Source: Candidatus Wallbacteria bacterium (lineage in GTDB: Bacteria > Muiribacteriota > UBA9980). Taken from it: DNA of 64,000 nucleotides. Made by a program: the position numbers and the translations under genes. The notes under the pieces were generated by a model, which was not told where the DNA came from, did not search any database, and saw nothing but the letters and a program-made list of their open reading frames with translations. Of the stretch, positions 1 through 8,295 are shown piece after piece (the stretch's first letter is position 1; every line of letters starts with the position of its first letter). Location of the stretch: positions 66,539 to 130,538 of the forward strand of contig JASDSY010000032.1 of assembly GCA_041441465.1 (NCBI GenBank), given 5' to 3'.

Positions 1-22
1 TTTTGTCAGTAAAGATTCGGTT

Positions 23-1105
23 ATGAAATATCTCGGCCCTAAAGCCAATAAATTTGTGGCTTATGGCGTGGCTTCCGTTTCTGGAACAATCCTCGCCGTC
101 TGCTCCTGCACAATTTTACCTCTGTTTACAGGCATTTATAAAATGGGCGCCGGTCTTGGGCCCGCTATCGCCTTTCTTTATTCCGGCCCGGCGATAAGCG
201 TTCTGGCGATAATCATAACCGCGCGGATTCTCGGTCTTGAAATCGGTGTCGCAAGGGCTGTCGGCGCTGTTTCATTCAGTATTATAATTGGTGCTATTAT
301 GCATTTTATTTACCGGAATGAAGAATTGGAAAAAGTGAATGCGCAAATGTACATTGGCGAAACTGAGGAAAAAAGAAATCTCTGGCAGACCGCGCTTTAT
401 TTTTTCTCGATGGTCGGCATTTTAGTATTCGCTAACTGGGCAAAAGCCAGTGAAGCCGATCCAACATGGTTTTTTATATACGCAAATAAATGGGTCATTA
501 CAAGTGCTTTTGCTGTAATGTTTGCGGTGATATTAGTATTATGGTATGGCGTTAATATTTTTAAGATGCTGCTTTCGGCTGCTTCGGTATTTATCGCGTG
601 GATTTTGTTTCCGCATCAGCCTATGGCGCCTTTTATTGTCGGAGTTATTACGCTTTCAATAATAACAAGTTTTGATAAAGGCGAAACCGGTGAATGGTTT
701 AAAGCTTCGTGGGATTTTGCCAAACAGATTATGCCGTTACTGCTTGGCGGTGTTTTTATAAGCGGATTTTTACTCGGCCGGCCGGGCAATGAAGGGATTA
801 TTCCAAATGTATGGATAAGCCAGTCAGTGGGCGGTAATTCAATATTTGCAAATTTTATTTCATCTGTGATAGGCGCATTTATGTATTTTGCGACTTTAAC
901 TGAAGTTCCGATACTTCAGGGACTTATTGGAAGCGGTATGGGAAAAGGGCCGGCGCTTGCTCTTTTATTGGCCGGCCCGGCTCTTTCGCTGCCAAGTATG
1001 CTTGTTATTAAAAGCGTTATAGGAACTCAAAAAACTGCCGTATATGTAACTCTTGTTGTTATCATGGCGACAATAACCGGTTTATTTTATGGTATGTTTT
1101 TTTAA
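23..1105 (+). CDS. Multi-pass membrane permease (DUF318 / ArsP-like permease family)
   Basis: 360-aa ORF, almost entirely hydrophobic with ~8-10 predicted TM helices and repeated GPA/GxG motifs. Tightly followed by a DGC-domain gene and convergent with an ars operon. The window may cut the true N-terminus. Confidence 0.55.
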   Translation: MKYLGPKANKFVAYGVASVSGTILAVCSCTILPLFTGIYKMGAGLGPAIAFLYSGPAISVLAIIITARILGLEIGVARAVGAVSFSIIIGAIMHFIYRNEELEKVNAQMYIGETEEKRNLWQTALYFFSMVGILVFANWAKASEADPTWFFIYANKWVITSAFAVMFAVILVLWYGVNIFKMLLSAASVFIAWILFPHQPMAPFIVGVITLSIITSFDKGETGEWFKASWDFAKQIMPLLLGGVFISGFLLGRPGNEGIIPNVWISQSVGGNSIFANFISSVIGAFMYFATLTEVPILQGLIGSGMGKGPALALLLAGPALSLPSMLVIKSVIGTQKTAVYVTLVVIMATITGLFYGMFF

Positions 1106-1114
1106 ATTCAAATT

Positions 1115-1513
1115 ATGGAGGTAATCAATATGTCAAATGTGAATCAAAATTCATGCTCATGCAGTGCGGCTCCTAAACTAATATTTCCGTGTTCGGGCGG
1201 TTCGGATGTCGGTGAAATAACAGACCGTGCGGCGAGAAAAGTTACAATCGACGGTGCCGGAAAAATGTATTGCCTTGCCGGCATAGGCGGAGGAGTATCG
1301 GGAATAATCGCTACGACTGAATCGGCTGCCAAAGTTATTGCAATTGACGGATGCCCTTTGAGCTGCGCCAAAAAAACTCTTGAGAAGGCAGGTATAACAA
1401 ATATAATTCATATCAATCTTCATAATCTCGGCTTAGAAAAACTTAAATCTCCGGCGACTGAAGAAAATATAAATAAAGTTGCTGCCGAATGCGCTAAACA
1501 ATTAGGATGTTAA
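1115..1513 (+). CDS. DGC-domain protein (putative Zn/metal-binding, Cys-rich)
   Basis: 132 aa carrying CSCS, FPCSGG and a conserved 'AIDGCPLSC' DGC motif. Starts 10 bp after the permease (RBS ggagg), the usual permease-partner arrangement. Confidence 0.5.
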   Translation: MEVINMSNVNQNSCSCSAAPKLIFPCSGGSDVGEITDRAARKVTIDGAGKMYCLAGIGGGVSGIIATTESAAKVIAIDGCPLSCAKKTLEKAGITNIIHINLHNLGLEKLKSPATEENINKVAAECAKQLGC

Positions 1514-1561
1514 CTGGTAAATAATAAAAATATAAATCTAAACCAGTTTAATTTTATTATA

Positions 1562-1984
1562 TTAATTGGATATTTTGAATGTTTCTAATATCCAATTTTT
1601 TATTTCATCGCGTGTACTTCTAAAGGCTGTTTCAATTTCTTTAGGCGTGCCTGAAACATTTGACGGATCATTAAAACTATGATGGATTATTTTCCTGGCT
1701 CCTGGAATATACGGACAGGTTTCCTGGGCGCTGTCACATACGGTAACGACGAAATCGAAATCTGCCGCCTTGAATTCATCGACATTCTTAGAATAATGCG
1801 ATGAAATGTCAATGCCTATTTCTCGCAGAGTATTAATTGCGTTGATATTTACTTTTGTTGGCTCAGTTCCTGCGCTTGCTGCTTCATATTTTTCTTTAAG
1901 CAAAGCATTCATCAAACCTTCAGCTATCTGTGACCGGCAGGAATTATGAGTGCAGACGAAAAGTACTTTTAATTTCATTGTCAT
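1562..1984 (-). CDS. arsC: Arsenate reductase, LMW-PTPase family (thioredoxin-coupled ArsC)
   Basis: 140 aa with an N-terminal 'VLFVCTHNSCRSQIAEG' CX5R P-loop and downstream Cys pair (CDSAQETCP), typical of S. aureus-type ArsC. Last gene of the arsR-acr3-arsC operon. Confidence 0.8.
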   Translation of the reverse strand: MTMKLKVLFVCTHNSCRSQIAEGLMNALLKEKYEAASAGTEPTKVNINAINTLREIGIDISSHYSKNVDEFKAADFDFVVTVCDSAQETCPYIPGARKIIHHSFNDPSNVSGTPKEIETAFRSTRDEIKNWILETFKISN

Positions 1985-2025
1985 ACACCTTTAATAAAAA
2001 ATTGTGAACAAGTTTTTTCAATAAA

Positions 2026-3105
2026 TTAACAACTACATTTTTTTGTTTCAGCTTCAATATTTCTTTTGAAAAATATTTTACCAAACCAGAATGCCACATT
2101 AACAAGTGCTATCATTACAGGCACCTCTACAAGCGGGCCGATGACTGCGGCAAATGCCGCGCCGTGCTTGATTCCAAAAACGCCTACCGCAACTGCAATT
2201 GCAAGTTCAAAATTATTGCTTGCCGCGGTAAATGACAATGTCGTTGATTGCTCATAAGTGGCGTTAAAATTCATACTTAAAAAGAAACTTAATATGAACA
2301 TTACGACAAAGTAAATTAAGAGCGGTATTGCTATTTTTACGACATTCATCGGCTGCGCTATTATCTGTTGCCCCTGGATTGAAAACATTACAACAATTGT
2401 GAAAAGCAGTGAAATTAAGGTGAGCGGGCTTATCTTAGGAATGAATGATTTTTCATACCATTCTTTATTTTTGGCTTTGATTAAAGTGAAGCGTGTTATC
2501 ATCCCGGCGATGAATGGAATTCCAAGATAGATGAAAACGCTTACGGCGATATCTTTTATTGAAATATTGACATATTCGCCTTTTAATCCAAAATAAGGCG
2601 GTAAAATAGTGACGAAAATATAAGCGAATAAAGAATAAAACAATACCTGAAAAATTGAGTTAAACGCTACAAGGCCGGCGGCGTATTCGGTATCGCCTTT
2701 AGCCAGATCATTCCATACTATAACCATTGCGATACAGCGCGCAAGTCCGATTAATATAAGTCCTATCATATATTCAGGATAATCTTTTAAAAATATTATT
2801 GCCAACGCGAACATTAAAACCGGCCCGATTATCCAGTTCTGGACAAGCGAAAGCGTTAATATTCTGTAATTTCTGAAAACTTCTGATAATTCTTCATATT
2901 TAACCTTGGCAAGCGGCGGATACATCATCAAAATCAGGCCGAGCGCTATAGGAATGGAAGTCGTGCCTATTGAAAACTTCATAAGTATTTCATTAACTTG
3001 CGGAAATAAATAACCGCCGCCGATGCCGGCCGCCATCGCCAGAAATATCCATAAAGTGAGGAACCTGTCTAAAAATGATAATTTTGATGAAATGCCAGTA
3101 CTCAT
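2026..3105 (-). CDS. acr3: Arsenite efflux transporter, ACR3 family
   Basis: 359-aa 10-TM protein. N-terminus ([26 protein letters not shown]) and length are typical of ACR3/ArsB-type carriers. Sits between arsR and arsC. Confidence 0.75.
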   Translation of the reverse strand: MSTGISSKLSFLDRFLTLWIFLAMAAGIGGGYLFPQVNEILMKFSIGTTSIPIALGLILMMYPPLAKVKYEELSEVFRNYRILTLSLVQNWIIGPVLMFALAIIFLKDYPEYMIGLILIGLARCIAMVIVWNDLAKGDTEYAAGLVAFNSIFQVLFYSLFAYIFVTILPPYFGLKGEYVNISIKDIAVSVFIYLGIPFIAGMITRFTLIKAKNKEWYEKSFIPKISPLTLISLLFTIVVMFSIQGQQIIAQPMNVVKIAIPLLIYFVVMFILSFFLSMNFNATYEQSTTLSFTAASNNFELAIAVAVGVFGIKHGAAFAAVIGPLVEVPVMIALVNVAFWFGKIFFKRNIEAETKKCSC

Positions 3106-3151
3106 TGATTAATGCTCCTTATTATTTTTAGTTTTATTGAGTTATAGATTT

Positions 3152-3517
3152 TTAAATAGTTTTTTTACTTTTAATATCATGGCAATTTTCGAGCTTGTTT
3201 AGTTCGTCAAGCTTTTTAATATCCTTTTTTATGATTGGTGAATTTTGAATAATTTTTTTTGTAATATCTAAAAACTCCGAGTAATCTTTATCTATTTTGG
3301 GATTGAGCCTGTAATACATCCATTGTCCTTTTCTTTTGGATATAACAAGATTGGTTCTTTTTAAATAAGTAAGATGACGGCTTGTTTTGGAATGTGTCGA
3401 TTTTAATACTTCAGAAAATTTGCAGACGCAAACTTCATTTCCGTCAATTAACATACCAAGAATCCGCAGCCTGACTTCTTCAGAAAAAGCTTTGAAAAAT
3501 TCAGCTATATGTTTCAT
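3152..3517 (-). CDS. arsR: ArsR/SmtB family metalloregulator
   Basis: 121 aa with HTH region 'LRILGMLIDGNEVCVCKFSEVL' containing the CVC metalloid-binding motif. First gene of the minus-strand ars operon. A 9-bp inverted repeat (ttaaagcaaa ... tttgctttaa, ~3561-3604) lies upstream as a candidate operator. Confidence 0.8.
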   Translation of the reverse strand: MKHIAEFFKAFSEEVRLRILGMLIDGNEVCVCKFSEVLKSTHSKTSRHLTYLKRTNLVISKRKGQWMYYRLNPKIDKDYSEFLDITKKIIQNSPIIKKDIKKLDELNKLENCHDIKSKKTI

Positions 3518-3711
3518 TTGAAATGTCCTCCTCGTTCTATAAAGTATTATTGCATAACCGTTAAAGCAAAAATATTATTTAATTATATACAGTTTGCTTT
3601 ATAAAGTCAATATGCGGATATTAACTTTATTTAATATTTGAAATGTGTTTTAAATATGGGAAATCACCGGATTACAGTAATAGCTTATCTGTAAAATATT
3701 AAATTAAAAAC

Positions 3712-3750
3712 AAAAAAGCGCTTCTGAAAAAAATCAGAAACGCTTTTTAT
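3712..3750 (-). terminator. Rho-independent terminator downstream of the minus-strand tRNA cluster
   Basis: Imperfect inverted repeat agcgcttctga/tcagaaacgct. On the minus strand it is followed by a T-run. Confidence 0.5.
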
Positions 3751-3762
3751 TAACTGAGTTAA

Positions 3763-3836
3763 TGTGCCTGAGAGGAGTTGAACCTCCAACCTACAGATCC
3801 GTAGTCTGCCACTCTATCCAATTGAGCTACAGGCAC
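3763..3836 (-). tRNA. tRNA-Arg (anticodon ACG)
   Basis: Reverse complement reads GTGCCTGTAGCTCAATTGGATAGAGTGGCAGACTACGGATCTGTAGGTTGGAGGTTCAACTCCTCTCAGGCACA. It folds as a cloverleaf: 7-bp acceptor stem, anticodon stem GCAGA/TCTGT, loop CTACGGA giving anticodon ACG. Confidence 0.8.
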
Positions 3837-3867
3837 ATTAAATATTTATTGTCTTTTTCAATTTCAA

Positions 3868-3958
3868 CGGAGAGAGAGGGATTTGGACCCTCGATACAAC
3901 TTTAAGGTCGTATACACGCTTAGCAGGCGTGCGCCTTCGACCACTCGGCCATCTCTCC
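3868..3958 (-). tRNA. tRNA-Ser (anticodon GCT), class II with long variable arm
   Basis: Reverse complement begins GGAGAGATGGCCGAGTGGTCGAAGGCGCACGCCTGCTAAGCGTG. Anticodon stem CACGC/GCGTG, loop CTGCTAA, long variable arm. Acceptor is GGAGAGA/TCTCTCC. Confidence 0.8.
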
Positions 3959-3991
3959 AATAAGGCGCCATAGAAACCTATAAAAATAAAA

Positions 3992-4074
3992 CGGAGGAGG
4001 AGGGATTCGAACTCTCATATCCGCAAAGGACGGCAGATTTCAAGTCTGCTGCCATACCATTAGGCGACTCCTCC
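3992..4074 (-). tRNA. tRNA-Ser (anticodon TGA), class II
   Basis: Reverse complement begins GGAGGAGTCGCCTAATGGTATGGCAGCAGACTTGAAATCTGCCG. Anticodon stem GCAGA/TCTGC, loop CTTGAAA. Long variable arm, T-loop TTCGAAT, acceptor GGAGGAG/CTCCTCC. The T-stem has one A-C mismatch. Confidence 0.7.
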
Positions 4075-4118
4075 AATCAAGTGACATCATTATACCATGA
4101 TATTTTTTTTGTGTCAAG

Positions 4119-4598
4119 TTATTTTCTTTTTTTTTTGAAAAATTTTTTTAATAAGCTTACGCATTCATTTTCTAAAATGCCGCCTATGATTTCGGCGCGA
4201 TGATTTAATTTTTCGTTCGCCGCTATCTGGAGCGAGCCGCCGCAGCCGCCGCCTTTTTTATCATAGGCGCCGAACACGACTTTTGAAATTCTTGACTGCA
4301 CGATTAGGCCGGCGCACATTACGCAAGGTTCTTTTGTGACTATAAGTGTTGAGCCTGTTAAATTCCAGACTCCGAGCCTTTCATTTGCTTCTCTGACAGC
4401 CGCCATTTCAGCATGCCAGATTGCAGAGTTAAACTTCTCGCGAGTATTGTATCCGCGCCCTATGATTTCATTGTTGAAGACTATTAGCGCGCCGACCGGG
4501 ACGTCATCGCTTTCTTCGCACTTTAAAGCTTCGCCGATCGCAAGATGCATATATTCTTCATAGCGAGCCGTGTCAATGCAATTTTCTTTTAAATCCAT
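4119..4598 (-). CDS. tadA: tRNA-specific adenosine deaminase (CDA-fold, wobble A34-to-I editing)
   Basis: 159 aa with deaminase zinc motifs 'HAEMAAV' (H/CAE) and 'PCVMCAG' (PCxxC). Size and architecture match TadA. Lies directly beside tRNA-Arg(ACG). Confidence 0.8.
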   Translation of the reverse strand: MDLKENCIDTARYEEYMHLAIGEALKCEESDDVPVGALIVFNNEIIGRGYNTREKFNSAIWHAEMAAVREANERLGVWNLTGSTLIVTKEPCVMCAGLIVQSRISKVVFGAYDKKGGGCGGSLQIAANEKLNHRAEIIGGILENECVSLLKKFFKKKRK

Positions 4599-4906
4599 TT
4601 ATAATTCACAACTTTTAATCATTTGTTTTGATTTGTAATGCCGGTTACTACCTGATACCCATCGGTAAGAATTACTTTCCGCGCGCTAAATGCAATTATT
4701 TAAATAAATAACGCCGCTATTAACTTGAAAAACTTTTATTAACATCATTTTTGATTATAAACTAATTTTTTTGTTATTTCAATATAATTAACATTAAATT
4801 AAAATTTTTATTAATCAGCCTATGGTTTAAATATAAATTTCTTTAATGTGTGTTTTAAATAAGCCTTATTAAGAAAATAAAAAAATAATTTTCAACTTCC
4901 TTGACA

Positions 4907-4951
4907 TTCGAAAAAAAATTCGATAAAATAGTTTTCGAAAGTTTTTTCGAA
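4907..4951. promoter_or_regulatory. Candidate LexA operator pair (four TTCGAA half-sites) in the lexA promoter
   Basis: TTCGA(A) occurs at 4907, 4919, 4934 and 4946, i.e. two TTCGAA-N6-TTCGAA units 27 bp apart, 40-85 bp upstream of the lexA start. TTCGAA is self-palindromic, so each unit is an 18-bp inverted repeat. Confidence 0.4.
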
Positions 4952-4991
4952 TGTTATTTTTTTATTATTTAAGAAAAGTGAGGTAATTTTT

Positions 4992-5660
4992 ATGATAAAA
5001 ACCGAACGCCAGCCGCTTTCAAAACGCCAGCAGGAAATAATGGATTTTATAATTTCCGAGCTTAAAAACAGCGGCCAATCGCCGAGCATTCAGGAAATCG
5101 CCGCGTTTATAGGGGCAAAATCCACATCGACAGTGCATTATCAGCTTTCAGAGCTTGAGAAAAAGGGTTATATCGTTAAAAATCAGGGCACTTCGCGTTC
5201 CATCAAACCCGTTGACTGGCAGTATCAGAATCCTTACAATGATTCCGGCGACGCGCTTGTCGAAGTTCCTGTGATAGGTGAAATTGCTGCGGGTAAGCCG
5301 ATATTCGCTTATGAAGATTATCAGGAAACAGTTAAAATCGCGCGCAGCCTCATTACTAACGGAGAAGCTTTCATTTTGCGCGTAAAAGGCCAGAGCATGG
5401 TCGAAGATTTGATCGATGACGGCGATATGGTCGTTGTACGCAAGCAAAATTTCGCCCAGAACGGCGATATAATAGTTGCGCTTGTCGAAAACGAGGCGGC
5501 CACGCTCAAGCGTTTTTATAAGGAACATAACCGAATACGCCTGCAGCCAGCCAACAGGAACATGGAACCTATCTACGTTCCCGATGTGACTATACTCGGC
5601 CGTGTTATTTCAGTCATAAGGCCTATGGAGCGCAAGGCGCGCATGATGGAATTCAATTGA
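4992..5660 (+). CDS. lexA: LexA SOS repressor (S24 peptidase)
   Basis: 222 aa. N-terminal winged HTH (QQEIMDFI...SPSIQEIA) and C-terminal S24 autopeptidase domain with 'VKGQSMVE' (Ser nucleophile), 'GDMVVV' and 'LKR' (Lys). RBS aagtgagg upstream. Confidence 0.85.
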   Translation: MIKTERQPLSKRQQEIMDFIISELKNSGQSPSIQEIAAFIGAKSTSTVHYQLSELEKKGYIVKNQGTSRSIKPVDWQYQNPYNDSGDALVEVPVIGEIAAGKPIFAYEDYQETVKIARSLITNGEAFILRVKGQSMVEDLIDDGDMVVVRKQNFAQNGDIIVALVENEAATLKRFYKEHNRIRLQPANRNMEPIYVPDVTILGRVISVIRPMERKARMMEFN

Positions 5661-5714
5661 TTTGATCATTGTGAGAAAATATTACAATGATACATTCTTT
5701 TCCTTTCTTACTTT

Positions 5715-5750
5715 ACGGACTGCCGGAATCATCGGCAGTCCGTTTTTTTA
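5715..5750 (+). terminator. Rho-independent terminator of lexA
   Basis: Perfect 11-bp stem acggactgccg/cggcagtccgt with a 7-nt loop, followed by TTTTTTT. Confidence 0.8.
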
Positions 5751-6013
5751 TTTAAAAAATCTTTCGGTTTTTAGATGCATACCATTGCCGTTGTATTAAT
5801 ATTAATAATATTTGAATTATTTATAAGAAATTTTAATTTGTCGATTGCTGAATTTCAATTGTTTAATTTAGGTTAAAATTTAGTAAATTAAAAATATAAA
5901 ATTAAGTTTATGTTTTTAACTTTTTGTTTTTTATGTCGATAATTTTAAAAAAGCTTATAAAAAACTATTTGCCTCACAAATAGTATTTTTTACTTTTCTG
6001 TTTTTGCGAAAGG

Positions 6014-7846
6014 ATGTTTCTTTTGGGAGCGATTTTAAGTATTAATTTTTTGCTGCGTTTAACCAAATGTTTTATGACGATGGTCATATTGAGCCAGCTG
6101 ATTCTTATTAGCGGCATTAAAGACGTTCTGGCTGCGCCGTCATCGAACTCTGCTAAAGATGAAAAATCTTTATACGATATATTTAAACTTCATAAAAAAC
6201 TTTCAGAAAATAATTATTCCTCTAAAATTCTGGCGTTGAAATCTAATGCCAAAGATGAATTGCACATGCAGGAAAGTAAAAATTTCGCGCAGATAAAGGA
6301 AAAAACTTCGATTCAGCAGCCAAATGCCGGGACATTCGAAGAGTATAAAATAGTTCTTGACCCGGGCCACGGCGGAAAATCTGAAAAGGCTTCTAAGACT
6401 GAAGGCGATCATTGGGACATTAAAGCCAGGAGATTTTTGACTAATTACAATTTCGGCGCCGTCGAGGCCGCCGAGTGTGAACATAAAATTGTTCTTGAAA
6501 TATGCCGCCGCGCTTTCGAAATTCTCAATAACGCCAATAGCGATAAGGGCTGGCGTGAATTTTCCAGAATGCTTTCTGAATACGGCCGGCTCAGGCCGGA
6601 AGAATACAAGAGGGCGAAGTTTAACGTGGCGCTTAGCAGAAACGACGCTTACGACTCGCCGGCGCATGTCAATGAAGCTAATGTTAACAGGCATTTCAGA
6701 CTTTTTGACTCGCCCGAAAGCTTTGACCACAAAAAGAAGCCGTCGGCGAATTTATATCCAGGCCGCATGAGTAAAATTAATTCATACCAGCCGGAGCTAG
6801 TTGTTTGCGTTCATGTTAATTCGTCGACCAACCGTTCCGTAAGAGGTCAGGCTTCGGTAATAATACCGGAATACCGTGTATTTGAATTTGTTAAAAATTG
6901 TAAGGAAAAGCTGGGCCCGAAATCGTCAAGAGCTTATTTCTGGGTGCTTTCGTGCATGTATCCGGACAATATGATTCTCGGCCGCCTGAGCGAATTAACG
7001 AATGACGCCGATACGTATTTTACGGGAAAGCGCGTTAATAATAAGGAAAGCATAGGCAAGCGCTGGCAGATGGTAAAATGGCGTTATAATGAAGATGATG
7101 AATACAGCAATCTGCTGAATTATAAGAATTCCAACTCGTATTGGAAACGCGAGAGGTCGGTTTATGAATCGATGCGCCGCAACGGCGGTTATGAGGGCTA
7201 CGGCGGCGATAATTTTTACGCTTCCGAGGAAATATTAAGATTTATAAGGCTGGGATTATGGAAAGAATACAGCGAGTCCATTGTTAAGGACCGCACCGCA
7301 GTAAGCGTAAAATACCCGGATGAATATTTAGGCGCGCACGGCAGGCCGTTTATTTCAGACTGGGCACTGCCGCAAATGGTGAATGCCGTTACGGCATATC
7401 TCGAACTTGGTTATATCGAAAACGCTGATGACAGAGCAATATTAGTCAACAAAAAAGAAAACATAGCAAAGTCTATCGCTGTCGCGATTTATTCGCTCAC
7501 CTGCGGCTTAGAATTAAAAAATATTCCGTTGAACCGTGATGAACTCATTAATTCTGATGCGCGTTTAAAAAATTTAACGTCAAAAACGGAAACGTTAAAA
7601 ACGTTTTCTGAAGCCGATTGTAAGAGCAGCGGTCAGGTGCTTGACAGCCGTTTTTTAAACTTATTAAGCGAATTAAAAAATAAAGTTGAGTCTAAAAAAG
7701 ACGGAAAATTGAAAAAAGAGCTGAGCGGAATTAAAGCGGCCGAGGCTGCCGATATAACATATTCTCAAATGCCTCTTAAAACGCCAGACGGCAAGAAAAT
7801 AGATTTTAAAAAATACGGCAAATATTTTATTGAAGTATTAAAATAA
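6014..7846 (+). CDS. Large secreted protein with divergent MurNAc-L-Ala amidase-like (Amidase_3-type) core, paralog 1
   Basis: 610 aa with N-terminal signal-like segment. Amidase_3-like motifs: 'LDPGHGGK' (beta-1 Zn-His), 'ELVVCVHVNSS' (compare SIHANA) and 'RGQASVIIPEY'. Long conserved C-terminal extension (GGDNFY, FISDWALP, NADDR) shared with the ORF at 8296-10425. Confidence 0.5.
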   Translation: MFLLGAILSINFLLRLTKCFMTMVILSQLILISGIKDVLAAPSSNSAKDEKSLYDIFKLHKKLSENNYSSKILALKSNAKDELHMQESKNFAQIKEKTSIQQPNAGTFEEYKIVLDPGHGGKSEKASKTEGDHWDIKARRFLTNYNFGAVEAAECEHKIVLEICRRAFEILNNANSDKGWREFSRMLSEYGRLRPEEYKRAKFNVALSRNDAYDSPAHVNEANVNRHFRLFDSPESFDHKKKPSANLYPGRMSKINSYQPELVVCVHVNSSTNRSVRGQASVIIPEYRVFEFVKNCKEKLGPKSSRAYFWVLSCMYPDNMILGRLSELTNDADTYFTGKRVNNKESIGKRWQMVKWRYNEDDEYSNLLNYKNSNSYWKRERSVYESMRRNGGYEGYGGDNFYASEEILRFIRLGLWKEYSESIVKDRTAVSVKYPDEYLGAHGRPFISDWALPQMVNAVTAYLELGYIENADDRAILVNKKENIAKSIAVAIYSLTCGLELKNIPLNRDELINSDARLKNLTSKTETLKTFSEADCKSSGQVLDSRFLNLLSELKNKVESKKDGKLKKELSGIKAAEAADITYSQMPLKTPDGKKIDFKKYGKYFIEVLK

Positions 7847-7888
7847 AAAGATATAAAGTAAAAAAATATATAGAGATGGGGCGTTCAA

Positions 7889-8197
7889 ATGAAACAAAAA
7901 ATTTTAGCGTTTATTCTTATAATGTTTTTCAGTTTTTTTAATATGGGCTGCGGAAGCAGCACCACTGACGAAGTGTTAAAATCCGTCACGAATTCGAATG
8001 CGTTTACAAACATGACCGATGTCACGGTGCTTTTATATATTGACGGCAAACTGGAAACTCAAATTTTTCCTGACACTTCATATTGGATGGACGTTCCTGA
8101 GGGACACCACACTTATGCCGCATTAGATAAAACATCAAGAGCTGAAATTAAAAACGGTAACTTCAGCCAGGGTGATAAAATAAACATAACAAGATAA
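7889..8197 (+). CDS. Small lipoprotein (hypothetical)
   Basis: 102 aa with signal peptide and lipobox 'FFNMGCGSS'. No recognisable domain. Confidence 0.4.
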   Translation: MKQKILAFILIMFFSFFNMGCGSSTTDEVLKSVTNSNAFTNMTDVTVLLYIDGKLETQIFPDTSYWMDVPEGHHTYAALDKTSRAEIKNGNFSQGDKINITR

Positions 8198-8295
8198 ATA
8201 GGCTTAAATCCGAGCTGAAATTTTTTGTTTACATATCATGAAGGTTTTAGTATAATAAGTGCATCTAAAATTTTAATTCTTAATTTATTTTTGTT

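Noticed and set aside
1144-1423. Antisense ORFs (75 and 81 aa) inside the DGC-domain gene, and many other 60-130 aa ORFs overlapping annotated genes on the opposite strand (e.g. 6203-6730, 11064-11600, 23210-24130, 30022-30787, 46313-47164, 54614-55535, 57140-58123)
   Set aside because: They are fully embedded antisense to long, well-supported genes. They lack RBS and have low-complexity or implausible composition. These are typical spurious six-frame ORFs.
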